From Octopus vulgaris (taxonomy: Eukaryota): a stretch of DNA of 64,000 nt. Below the pieces are notes generated by a model that was not told the origin of the DNA, did not search any database, and saw nothing but the letters and a program-made list of their open reading frames with translations. Shown piece after piece: positions 24,863-37,844 of the stretch; position 1 is the stretch's first letter, and the number at the start of each line of letters is the position of its first letter. The stretch lies in assembly GCA_951406725.2 (NCBI GenBank), contig OX597816.1, positions 46,872,001 through 46,936,000 of the forward strand. Reading direction: 5' to 3'. A program made the position numbers and the translations under genes.

Positions 24863-26347
24863 GTTAGTGCAAAATTAACTTTTATTATTTTCAATATGAA
24901 CAATTGCAATGAAATCTCGAGCTATGTGATTTAGAAATTCACTAAACAATTACATCAGTTCTGGTGTGTCATCTTGGGAAAGTGTTTATTTAAAAAAAAT
25001 TTTATACCATACCATTATCATCACCAATCATTTACTTTTCCTGGGTTGGGAGCGGAAATTAACAGGAATTGTACAGAAGTTCCTTGTGTGTGGATTTGCA
25101 TGTGCCTATACACTCATCCAGATACAGACACACACACAACCACAGGTACACATGCATGCACACAAACAAAGATAATGACATTACATAGAGGTGCTGGCAT
25201 GTCTCTGGATAAGTTCAGTTCCTAGCCAGGTGTTTTCTACCGTAGTCCCAAGATAGCCGAAGCCTTGTAAGTGGGTTTGGTAAATGGAAACCAAAAGAAG
25301 CCCTTTGTGTATGTTTGTGCTTCCATGTTTGGACATCATGTGATAATTGTAAATGAGCATCGCCATCATACAGATGGTGTAATTTGTTTCGAATTTTTCA
25401 CAATAACTTGTCTACTCATCTTGGAAACAAGTAAGAATTCGTGGCAGGAAGAACATATTCAGTTGCTGAAAATAAAACTGCCTCAATGAATTCCGTCTGA
25501 TCCATGTAACATAGAAAAACAGTGACACATGCATATATATATATACATATATATGCTGTACATATTATACACTTGCATGTGATGATACTCATACACACAA
25601 GCACTTAAACTGGTGTGCGTCACACACATATATATATTTACAAAGCTTAGAAATTATGAATTCACTAATTGTATAGCAATGAATTAGAATTCTTTACAGA
25701 GTGTTAATCAATCAAAAATTATTAGAGATTCACCTGTAATCAATAACTTTCAGGATCTGCTTGTGAAGCAAAACTTGGTAGAATGAGAAAATTAAAATGA
25801 GAGTGAAATAAAATACATAAGAAATTCACATGTACACAATATTAATCAACGTAGATATGCATATAAATTATTTATATTTATATATATATATACATACACA
25901 CACACACACACACAGTCATATGCTTACAAATATTGTGTATATATGTAATAAAAAAACATGAACTTAAAGAAGACATACTCATATATAAAGAGAGAAATAC
26001 ATGTCTTTGCATGTGTGCATATTTATACACACACACAAGTACCATTATCAGATTCATTTAACATCCACTTCTCCATGCTTGCATGGGTCAGACAATTTGT
26101 TGAGGCAAAGTTTTTACAGGCAGATACCCTACCTGTTGCTAACCACCTGTTTCTAAAAAGGTAATTTTTCCTTTGGCCAGACATTTTCTTTTCCCAGAAG
26201 ACTGGAAAGGAACAACATTGCTTTGTATGATGACGATGGTGATGCTTTTTTATATACATCATGTGATGTCAAGACAAGGGTACACATACATGATGAGTTT
26301 CTTTCAGTTTCTGTCTTCAAAATCCACTCACAAGGCTTTGGTTGGCC

Positions 26348-26360
<13 letters not shown>

Positions 26361-26415
<55 letters not shown>
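26361..26415. repeat. (CA)n microsatellite
   Basis: Pure dinucleotide run. Confidence 0.95.
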
Positions 26416-26419
<4 letters not shown>

Positions 26420-28080
26420 CTGTTCAGACATTTTTTAAATGTGTGTGAAACATGTGCATGAAGAGTATCCAGCCATAAAAAAACCAGTCCAAAATGGACT
26501 ATGGAACCTGGTGCAGCACCTGATCTTACCAGTTCCTGTCAAGCCATCCAACCCATGCCAGCATGGAAAATGGGCGTTAAATGATGATGATACAGGATCA
26601 TATACATGCCATTTTGTACAGTTATATAGATTTGAGAATCTAAATAAAATAATAAAAATAGGGTTTTACATCTATATTGATAGTTACAACATAGGTCCCT
26701 AAAACAGATCCATGAAACTTAGGAAATTTTTCATGTTGAACAGAAGAATCCATATATGATAAAGGTTTATAAATATATGACTGGTGTGTATGAGTCAAAT
26801 GTGAAAACAACATAATAGAATATAGAAGGTTAAATGAAAAGAAAAGTTTTTTAAAAAAAACATTAACTTTTTAACTTTCAGATTTCTCTGTCACAAATAT
26901 AATGCTTATATATTCACACTTTTAAATTAGTCATTGTCTTGTAATTGTTTGTATTTAGAATGGCATTGTATGATAGGTGTGAAGCCAGACCTGGGCAGTT
27001 TGAATATAAAACATGCGCTGAATATTTGGGCGGGAGATGACTAGTCTAAATGCCAATATATATAGCGATATATATATATATGATCAGTCTAAGAGACTGG
27101 GAATATATAGCAAAAAAAATTATGTATATTGGTATGCAGGAAGGATAAATCTGTAGCATGTATATTTGTTGGTTGGTAGGATAAAGGCAGGGAAAAAGAT
27201 GAAAATGCATAGAAGTGGAGAGCAAAAGTAGCATTGGAGGGCAATACAGTACACTTTTAGTTAAAGGCAGATATGTAACAGGCTCCAGATATTGCTTCTT
27301 ACACCTGTCCTACAATGTCTTGAAAAACTTTCTAAAAATTGTCACATCATCAAAGTCTTGATTTTGTGAGAAAATGCACAATTAATTCCAAACAATGTGA
27401 ATAAATTTGAATGCTAAAGGATTAAATAAGTGATGGGTAACTTGAAAAATTGTAGGATAAGTTTCCATTGGTGATGGCATGTAAAGGATATTGAGAGAGA
27501 AAGACAGCATATAAAATATGATGGTTTAGCTGTTCCTGTAATACATGCAGTCTTCCTGTCTCCTGCTGTAACAGATGGTATCACAGACATAAATTTGCAC
27601 ACATGTGTACATATATATGTGTGTGTGTGTGTATACATGTACACATGCATCATTGAAAGTTTGAATATTGGTTTGAAAATGAAAAACTGTATTTTTTTAA
27701 AAATCTGGTTCTTTTCCATTGGTCTTTTTGCTAAATCATTAATAGGATCATAAACCAACAGCAGCTGTCAGGTGGTGATTGATATACACATGCATACACA
27801 CGCACACATACACACAGTAGACATGCATTTCCTTACAGTGTTGACTAAAGTCACTCACAAGTTATTGGTTGATTCAGGACTTTAGTACAAAGCGCTTGTT
27901 TCAAGGGACTGGACCTGAAACTATGCTAGTGTGAAGTGAATTTCCCAACTACATAACCAGTCCTGTGTTTATTCTCTTAACCATGCAGCTATGTCTGTGT
28001 TTATGTACTCCATTAACTATTAACTTAGGAGGCTTCTTTGTTACTTCAACTATGTGGTCATTTAACTTCAAAGAAATACC

Positions 28081-28315
28081 TATTTCTTTATTACCCACAA
28101 GGGGCTAAACATAGAGGAGACAAACATGGACAGACATAAGTATTAAGTCGATTATATCGACCCCAGTGCTTAACTGGTACTTAATTTATCAACCCCGAAA
28201 GGATGAAAGGCAAAGTCGATCTCGGCGGAATTTGAACTCACAACGTAACGGCAGCCGAAATACCGCTAAGCATTTCGCTTGACGTGCTAACGATTCTGCT
28301 AGCTCGCCGCCTTAT
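28081..28315 (-). mobile_element. Family-B SINE, full length, 14-bp TSD
   Basis: ttcaaagaaatacc at 28067-28080 and 28316-28329. Confidence 0.9.
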
Positions 28316-30487
28316 TTCAAAGAAATACCAGTGAAGTCTTTCAAATTTTACCTGTTTTAATAAAGGAAGGACTCATTGAATCACTAATTCTTAAAGTGAC
28401 AAATATCAAACTCTTCAAAAACAAAATATTAAGTTTTTTTTGTGTCCTTTCTCTTAGTGAGAACATAAAATAGTTTGCAAACATATAATTGTTTTTTCTT
28501 TGCCCTAGTTTTGGACATTTCACAAATTTAAAAATCGTCTAATTTTATTAATCATAGCAATTTGTCTATCCTCCCTTTCAATCCTTAGCAACTCCCTTAA
28601 GAGAATATTAGATAATATAGTCTGAGATGCATTGTCTTAAAAAAAAACCCAGGATGGTCATGATTGGAATGCTGTCAATCATAGGTTAGCTTGATCAAGG
28701 CTGGCCTTGTGTTAAATAACAACAGTTTTAGAAAGTTCTGAATTTCCTGTCTTTCTGTTGACCCTTTTGTATTTAGATTACTCTATCAAATTTATGGCTT
28801 ATTCATTTTACTTGTTTTATCTCATAGCTTTGATATTTTAGTGTTGTGATTGCTTATTTTTAGAAAGGCATTGTAGGTAAGTGTGAGTGGCTTAACAAAC
28901 AAGTGGACTATTTGGTTTAAATGCTTATGGTTAAGTTACACATAGCTTAACTTTTCTGAACACGAACCATTGATTAGATTGATATAATGCATTCTGTGTA
29001 AACATTGCTTTCTTCCTATTTCTGTCTAATCATTCCATTACCTTAGAACCTCAACTCTTTGCTAAATCATGCATGTATCACGATTTTCAAGTATCTCTGC
29101 AAACAATTGGTTCTGATTTTTGATATAACTGCTGAAAATTTAGAGCTCATATTTGTAATTGTTATAGTTTATATTTAAGATCATTACTGAAGATTAAAAT
29201 AGATGATATGTAAAAGAAAAATAACATTTGTTTTTCAGTAAATGAATATTTCCATAACTGTTTTTGGAGTAAATATTTATATTCTTTATGTAACATAAAT
29301 AAGAAATCTTATTCCATCATCTTGTAATTTTGCCCTACCCTTTCAACATTGTTAGAAAAAAAAAATTTTTGTACTTTCTGTTGGCTCACAAAGCAGAATT
29401 TGTGGTAGCAGCAAAAATATTTTTAACTATTTAGATTTATTCCAAAACATTGCATGGTGATGCAAAGATGTGTACCCTTTCTACACATTTTTGGTTTTTA
29501 CCAGTATGAGAAAATCATTTTGTTGGAAATGGTGCAAACGATGGGTTATACATGAATGGGTAATATGGAATGGTTAAAATACTGAACTTACAACAGGAAA
29601 TGCTATATAGAAATGCAGATTTTGCAAATTATTCTTGGATATGTTGGGTTGTTGCCAGCAAGTTCATCAACTTAATGAGTTAAAGGTTAATATTTTTAGT
29701 ATTTTACAGCTTGTTCATTAAGTGAATACCCCCCCCCCCCCCCAGCACGTACTATGCTGATGAATAAGTAGTACACGGTTTCTGTGATTGGAGTAGTATT
29801 TTACACTTTTTTCAAGTCTACAACTGCTGAAGTAATTTTTTTTTTTTTGTACAAAGAGAAAAATATTTGAAAAATATGAAAACAAAGAGAAAAATATGAT
29901 TTTTCGTATGACCACAATAGTTGAATTTCCTTCTGCCACCTTAGCTTTGGAAAGTTATCAGTTACATGATGTGTGTCTCTACCAAAAACATATAATTGAA
30001 TTGTCTTTGCTTTCTATTAAGATGCAGAGGTTTCTAATAACATCAGATGTAGTCTGGAGTTCAGCATAGTAGCAGTGGCCAGTAAACAAGTACAGATGAG
30101 TAGCATGGGTCCATAAATCTTCCTTTGGTCTTGTTCTGGCACTTGTTTTAACACTGTCATGGTCAAAGCTGCTGCTTCTCCATTGAGAAGAATACTCTCT
30201 ACACACAACCTAAAGAATTAGTTTTGGATAGATTATTCAAGAGAACTTCAGTATGTTGCTCCTGCTATTTAAAGTTGGAATCTATTTAGAAGAGATAAAA
30301 TTTCATCAGGAAACTTAAAATGGGTAAAAAAAAAATCTCAGTTTGATTTGTCTGCTTATCTCAAATGCAATACATTTGATCAAATATTGTCCTAAAAAAT
30401 GATATAACTATTACTAGATGTAATTAAATTAATTTTTATATCAGATTTGAAAACTAGCCTTTTCTTTCTTTTTTCTTTTTTATTTAG

Positions 30488-30640
30488 TTCAAAGAACTTG
30501 TATCAAAGAAATTCAATGCTCCTGAAGAACAGCTCTGCCTCATTTTTGCTGGAAAAATCTTAAAGGATGCTGACACATTAAGCCAGCATGGAATACATGA
30601 TGGCTTAACTGTTCATCTAGTTATCAAATCCGCTAATAGA
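30488..30640 (+). CDS. UBQLN1: Ubiquilin exon 2, UBL core: [51 protein letters not shown]
   Basis: Polypyrimidine tract + tag acceptor, gtaagt donor; [10 protein letters not shown] and [14 protein letters not shown] are ubiquilin UBL signatures. Confidence 0.97.
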
Positions 30641-30961
30641 GTAAGTAACTTTTATGTTATATTGCTATTAATGATTGCTTGTCTGCTATGCTATTCAAAC
30701 AGATAATGAACCAAAACATTAGCTACATTTACTTATGATTGGTAACATGAATGATCCAACTTAAAGTTGTCTCAAATGTGTATTAATTTAAGCTTTATAA
30801 ATGACAGAACATGCTTACTTCCTGAGCATGAAGAAGATTTTTAAGACATTTACTAATAAACACCCTATACACAAATGAGATAGCTTCTTCATGGCTACTC
30901 ATTCTGTTAGAAGTAACAGCAGCCTAATCCCCTCATTACATGTAACCTTAAAAGTTGTATA

Positions 30962-31188
30962 TTAATCCTTTAGTATTCAAACTAGCCATATCAGGCTTGT
31001 ATATTCTACCTGTTTTATGTTCAAACAGGCCAGATTCAGCCTCTCACACATACACTACACAATGTCATTCTAATAGTAAACAATCACATAGAAATCTCAA
31101 AGGTAATAGGTAATGCATGATTAATTCAAAACCATTTGAATCAATAAGCATTACACTTGGCTGAATAGTCTGAATGCTAAAAGGTCAA
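30962..31188. mobile_element. TTAA-type (piggyBac-like) MITE
   Basis: Ends ttaatcctttagtattca / tgaatgctaaaaggtcaa; related fragments near 26870-27425 and 28750-28930. Confidence 0.55.
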
Positions 31189-33499
31189 ACAATGTAGTCC
31201 TAGTAGGACAAAGTGGTAAGAAAGGATCTACAAATGTTGAGACTCAAAGAAGGGATGACAGAGGACTGAGACTCCTAACAGTTTGCTGTGCTTGAAAAGG
31301 CATGTTAAGCTAAGTAAAAGTGTAGTTGCATACAGGCTCATCTCCTGCAACCCTCTCCAGCTGAGCATCCCTAGTCTTGTTGGCTCTTAAGTGCTGGTGC
31401 CATGTAAAAAGCACCCAGTACACTTTGTAAAGTGGTTGGTGTTAGGAAAAGCATCCAGCCATAGAAACCATGCCAAAACAGACGGAGTTTGAACAGCCCT
31501 TCAACTGGCCAGCTGTCAAACCATCCATGGAAAACGTTAAATGATGATGGAAAAAATTTTTTTAATTCAAGATAGTGGGCTAGAACTAAACAAGAAATAA
31601 ACTGAAATAAAAGAAAATGAGCAGGTTTTTTTAAGTAAAATATGAATACATTCAACATACATGGAACTAAATTAGTAATAGCAAACGAGAAATTGATTTC
31701 ATCCCATAAATATGTGGAAAAATTATACTTTGGTGAAAAGTGATTTTTTTCTTTTTTATATATTTTTTATTGGTTTGGTCTGGAGGAAAAGTCTGTGCCC
31801 ACGGTCTTTATAGACCATCTGAAATAGGTGAAATTGACATGATGTTCTTGAACAGTTGCAAATCAATGACTGCAAGGGAAAATGTGTAGGATAGGAGTTT
31901 CAAAGGCACTCTAGGGATGTGGGGCTCAGAAGTGGTGAATTCAAGATGAGTGGCATGAGGTGAGTCTAGAGTGCCTATGTGGGTGTAGCAAGAGACCAAC
32001 TATGATGCAAATCAGTCTCGGCAAATGTCTAGACTTTCACCACATGAATACTGTTTAGAAAACTGCCATAAAAAAAAGAAACCCTTTCCTTTCTTTTCTC
32101 CACTTTAAACCATAACAAAGAACCAAAGCAGTCAGCTGCTGTGTAAGGAGTGACTTAGTTTGCAGGTGTGCAGTGTATAGGGACATCATCTGCAGGTCAC
32201 ATAATGGTTTTGCATGAATAGCATGTACTTAGTAGGTGTTGATTTTCTCCAAGCATTTTTGACCAAACTTCTTAGAAAGAACTATAATCAGTTGCTGTGT
32301 TTCTTGTTTTGAAGGACTTTTGCAGGGTTTTTTTTTTATTATCTTACCAGTTGTGTATTTTCACCACAAGGAACTCTGTAGAGAAAGCTTATTTAACAAA
32401 CTTATTTCTATCTTCTCTAATTTGTGTGTGGTTTCCCAAAAGCTCAGTAATATTTATAGTGTGGCCGTGATCATTCCATTTGTTTTTGTGACTCTTCTTT
32501 TTCAGTTTCACAACTGCTGGCCTCATAAATATTAATATCGCTATTATCTCTAGATAAAATAACTCCTGGGTACTTTGTGATCAACTGTACAGTAGCATAG
32601 CTACAGTCCAAAGTGTAAACTGATAAAATTAGTAAATTTCCATGCCATCTAAAAATGTAAATCAGTAAAATAGGATTTTATAAAGGTGGGGTACAATCAT
32701 GAGAGATTTTCTGGTTGGTTGTCAGGCAAGCTGTTTTCTTGTTCATGCTATTTTGTTATGAGAATGCAATAGCATTTTAGCTGACATATCTCATAAGGGC
32801 TTAAGGAGTTAATGACTTGTTTTATAGTATTGTAAACAATGTAATGTAACTTCCTTTCAGACCTGTACTATTATTTCAAGATGATTGGTTATTGTCATCA
32901 TTATCAAGGTTTTTTGTGTTTGCCTTTCCCTGCTAGCATAGCTAGGATAGCAGTTCTGAGATAATGTTTTACAGCCAAATATACTTCCTGATGCCAAGTT
33001 TTATTTATTTTGTTTTTGTCACTTCTTACAATTTGCAGAAATAAATTGTACTTAATTTTGTAACTAAGATACACAGGCTTTAATTTAAATCTATAAGTAG
33101 TCTAAATTTAAAGATTACAAACTGATTTGTCATCTCACTTTAACAGTATTATTAAGTAGCCGATAGTTTAGTTTGAGTTGATCTTCACTTAGACGGTATC
33201 AGTGGGATCTGAAAAGTGTCAGGTTGAGTTGGCTGACTAACCAGAGGTTTGATTAGTATATACAGTTTATCCAACAGTTAACCACTACATGCTACCTTTT
33301 AAAATACTTTGTGAATCAGGAGAACAAAATAGTTAGTCAAAGAAAAAGATATTAAACAAAAGGCAAGTGAAATTTAATAGACAGGTAAAATAAAGGATTC
33401 AGGTATAGTAAATTTTGTTGGGTTACTTAAAGTTCATTGCTATTGGTTCTAAGATACAAAGTTGGCATTTTTAACTAAGTAGAGTTAAGTACCAGGAAG

Positions 33500-34731
33500 T
33501 GGAGACTGTCAGAATTGCTGTTTCATTTTGAAAGCTGACCAAAACAGCAGGAACTGGTGTTGGCACAATATCTTCTTCAGGAACTAGCGATAAGGTTCTT
33601 CATATCTGGGTTAGCAGAAGTTGATGGCACTAAATTTTTAGATGCTGACCCTGCTGGTGCATGATTTTTAGTTACCTTTAAAATTCTGTCTTTCAAGCTA
33701 AGATGTTTTATATATTTTGAATTTTCTTTGATTAGTTTATCCTTCAACATCTAAACATTCTTTTTTCTTGTTCATCTATTAAACTGCACTGCCCTAGCAT
33801 CTTTACTTATCAGCTAAATTAACTTAGGAATTCTTTCTGTTACACTTTTCTTATTTTCATCACTGTTTTCATCTTAACCATCTTCTTTCTCATAATTTTC
33901 ATGACCTTACACATCTGCACGTTTTCTGAGTTAGTATAATAAGCAGCTTCTGCATTAAATCTATTTTGCAACATAGTGTCCTTCATCTTTGATGCAAGAT
34001 CCTTAGCAGATGGATACAAGGCAATCTCATCAACATTGTAGACTGGATCCAGATTTAATTTTTCATCAGAAACTAACTTTGCAAACTTGTCAACAAATGC
34101 AACAGCTTCTTTGTATAGTGAATGTTTTTTGCCTAACACCACACAGTACTTTAGGGCATGTCATTGTTTGAAACAGTTACGCTAATCTTCATTACATTAA
34201 CACTTGTAATCTAGTCTTTGGTCTTCATGAAAAACTATAGCTTGTTCTTTCAATAAATTCCTACACTACTTAACATCTTCACCTGTGCAGAGCTTAAACC
34301 ACATTATCAGTACTTCATCCAGTTCTTAACTTTTCCTATCTTTCGTTGTTTTCCATATATGTCTTTTTTCTTTCTCTTTGCCATACACCGAAGAATTAAT
34401 GCATAATTTACACTAGGTTCTCACAGAACCACCATTGAGTTTTTGAGGAGTTCAAATATATATGTCATGGATAATGTACAGTGTTTGTGTTTTATATCAT
34501 AAAAAGCATTTTATGCATTGGAACCATGGCTGGAGTTAAATGTGAGCAGGTTATAATATGTGCAAAATAATAAGAATGGCTTGTCAGTATTTACAAGTTT
34601 GCACCAAAAACATATTACAACCAACACTACCAAAATAGTAGTGGCAGATTGGTGTGCTGGGTTGGAAAATTAAGTTCAGATTAATGATGGAACTGGATTA
34701 TCAGTGGTTGGATTAGTGAGAGCTGACTGTA
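33500..34731 (-). mobile_element. Tigger/pogo (CENP-B-like) transposase remnant
   Basis: ELDEVLIMWF, FKQ*HAL, AFVDKFAKLVSDEKLNLDPVYNVDEIALY (YN.DET.L motif); TA-CAGTCAGCTCTC end at 34731; left boundary uncertain. Confidence 0.65.
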
Positions 34732-36157
34732 TCTGGAAAAGGAGGAAGGAGTCCTGCCTTTTACCAGACAATGACAAGTTTCTCTAAACACTTTTCAAAT
34801 AGCAGTGAAATATTGATATTAAGTGCTGAAAATGTTCTTGAACAGAAAGAAACCAAAATACTATTGTATAATTACTTAAATTAAATGGATGAAATATTTG
34901 CTGTAATTTCAGATGAAAATGAATCTAATTGGTAAATACTAAATTAAATCAAAAATATTTCAGATGTGTATTAACATTTAGCTGAAAAAGACAATGGAGA
35001 TTGCTGGAACAGTAACATACCAAACTGAATGCCTTGTATTATCTAATTCAATTCTTAATTATTCTGAATTCAGAATTAGCAAGTCTGTTTTCTAGATTTA
35101 TACATCCTGCCTCTTTAATAAATAGTTTTGTAATCATTCAAAAGAGACAGATACATCTTTTTAAAAAATGGTGTTTGCTAATTGTTGTTAATTTCTACTG
35201 TTGGTAGTTTTTTTAGGTTTTGATTGCCAAATAAAAGCATTTTTACAATGTAAAATCTCTCCTTATCTAAATCCTTCATTTCTCATTTTTTTTATGCGAG
35301 AGTCATATTTGAATTGTTAGTTAACTGACAAAACTACTCTGTGTATCATACTAAGTCTTGTACTGTGTGGTATATTGGATAAAAGGTTTGAGTTTAATTA
35401 TACACATACATGCACTTGAGTACAAGCACATATACATGGCATCGATGATATTTAGTAGAAATATCATCTACTAAAATGCTTTTTTTTAAATGTATTCTAC
35501 TAAATATAAACACAGTAGAGATGAGCTTGAAGAAGTATCAGCATTGCACACAGTTTTAGAAAAAATTTTGAAATGACACTACTCTACGAAATTTCAGCAC
35601 ACAGTGTGAATCATGTGTTGGAATACAATTGCTTATAAGTTGGTAATTCATTGAAACTAGACTTGGGTGTTAAACTTTAATGTCGCTTTCATAAATCTGT
35701 TTTGGATTAGAAAAAAATTATATTTAAAAAAAATTTTTGTAAGAGCTTTCAAATTCTGCCCCAAGCTGATTTGTGTAAACATACATGCCTATTCTACGTT
35801 GTGTTTATGAGTGAAATGCTTATAAAATGTTCAGTTCTTTTGTGTAATCAAAAACTAAATAGTATATGAATATATCAAATGAAACTATTTGACTTCCGCT
35901 TCACTGATTACTAAATTTAAGACATTATCTGCTCAAATTCTTCAAAATATATTGTGAAAGGATGGCTTGAGGCAGGTTTTCATATACCAAGAATGTATGT
36001 CAGAAAACTAGCAAGAGGAAAAGTTATGCAAACTTGTCAAACAGTTTAGAAAAATGTTAAATTATGTTTAATGATATATGATTAAAGTGGATGTTAAAAT
36101 GATGATAATTTCTATTTTGTCTTTTAATTTTATTACATTTTTGTTTTTAAATTTTAG

Positions 36158-36376
36158 GCTGCTGCTGGTAACACTGGAGGAACCAATGGCAATAACACTT
36201 GTCCAGCAGGAGCAGGAGGTACCAGTACAAGGCCAAGCAACAATACAAGCAGTGCTAGTGCTAATATCGGAGCCACTCCTTTTGGATTAGGAGGCTTAGG
36301 AGGTTTGGCTGGTCTTGGCAATTTAGGAATGGGGTCTGCAAATTTTATGGAAATGCAACAGAGAATGCAAAGAGAG
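36158..36376 (+). CDS. UBQLN1: Ubiquilin exon 3, G/N/T-rich linker then PFGLGGLGGLAGLGNLGMGSANFMEMQQRMQRE
   Basis: ttttag acceptor, GAG|gtgtgt donor, 73 codons, conserved FGLGGLGGLAGL motif. Confidence 0.95.
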
Positions 36377-36776
36377 GTGTGTATCTGTTAATGTCTTTCA
36401 TTTAAAAAAAAAAAGACTTTATAAACAACAAATTTTTGTGTATAATGATTTATCATCTAAATGATTATTATTAATTATCTGTGATGCATGCTAATAAACT
36501 TATAATAGATTTGTAATGTGGGATTGAAAGTTACATGAAGGACACCTTGTTGATCCTAGTTGAGCATCAAACGCTTTGGATATGTTACTTAATTGTAAAT
36601 GCTTTCTGAAAAGAATATGAACTGATTTTTGAGAGTAAATGATGATGGTTGTGTGGTGATGAGTAGAAATGAATGCATGAAAGTAGTGAGTAGTTGAGGT
36701 GATAACTTGTCATTGAGAAACAACCTTTTTATATGATTGAAGAAAAGGTTTTAGGAAGACAATGGGATTTAGGAAT

Positions 36777-37025
36777 TCATCATCATCATCTTCGTTTAGA
36801 GTCCGCTTTCCATGCTAGCATGGGTTGGACGGTTCAACTGGGGTCTGGGAAGCCAGAAGGCTGCACCAGGCCCAGTCTGATCTGGCAATGTTTCTACGGC
36901 TGGATGCCCTTCCTAACGCCAACCACTCCGTGAGTGTAGTGGGTGCTTTTTACGTGCCACCGGCACAGGTGCCAGACGAGGCTGGCAAATGGCTACAATC
37001 GGATGGTGCTATTTACGTGCCACCA
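36777..37025 (-). mobile_element. Family-C SINE
   Basis: catcatcatc..ccatgctagcatgggttggacgg..ggatgcccttcctaacgccaacc. Confidence 0.8.
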
Positions 37026-37664
37026 GAAAAGGATAAATTGTAAAATTAAGCAGAAATTTGAATAATAGTCTTGGTTAACAAAGGAAGAAATAGACTTTCC
37101 ATAAGTCTTTCCAGATACACTGAAGATTGTGTATTATAGAGATTGGGTTGCCCATGTTCAGTCCACTACAGGGCAAAGGCCTCAGCATGTTCTCTCCACC
37201 ACAGAATGACTTGAGATCTTACTGCTTCGTGAGATAATGTGTTGGAATAAATTATATAGCATTGTTATGCTAGCAATGATGTAAAGTCACTGCTTTTCAT
37301 TAAAACCGAAAAGAAAGACAAACTTTTATAAGTGATTATTTAAGTGGAGCATGAGTGGAATAGAGAGAGCCTGCCTCTAGTTGATCATTGGAAAGCTACA
37401 AGGCATTCCATCAGAGACATTAAGTTTCTCTAAAGAAAGTAAATATTGGTTTGTTCGCTGGGTTTACCAACTAATATAATTCGATAGGTATCACCACCAC
37501 TAGTAATTTTCTCTTAATGCTATCTGTGCTTATTTTGTTTTTCGTTTTTATAATAAATTATTTAGTAGGTTGTTCATAAAATGAAATGTAAGTTTTGTTT
37601 TAGATTTTAACTGATTGCTGTATGTTTATGGTATCTTTTTCCTTTCTGCTGCATATATTTACAG

Positions 37665-37790
37665 TTAATGCAGAATCCCGAGATGTTTCGTTCCATGATG
37701 GAAAACCCATTTGTTCAACAGATGATGTCTAACCCTGACATTATGCGGCGCTTAATCACCAGTAATCCTCAAATGAGAGAGCTTATGGAA
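37665..37790 (+). CDS. UBQLN1: Ubiquilin exon 4, STI1: [42 protein letters not shown]
   Basis: acag acceptor, gtaagt donor, 42 codons, NP repeats. Confidence 0.96.
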
Positions 37791-37844
37791 GTAAGTATTT
37801 TTTCTTAATTATACAGTTGTTCTGAATACATTCTAAAACATTTG

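Noticed and set aside
26153-26448. ORFs with HTHT or VCVC runs
   Set aside because: These are translations of a (CA)n microsatellite and SINE sequence.
31905-31977. 11-bp inverted repeat aggcactctag / ctagagtgcct
   Set aside because: It is short and lies in what appears to be a decayed LINE 3' end, with no further support.
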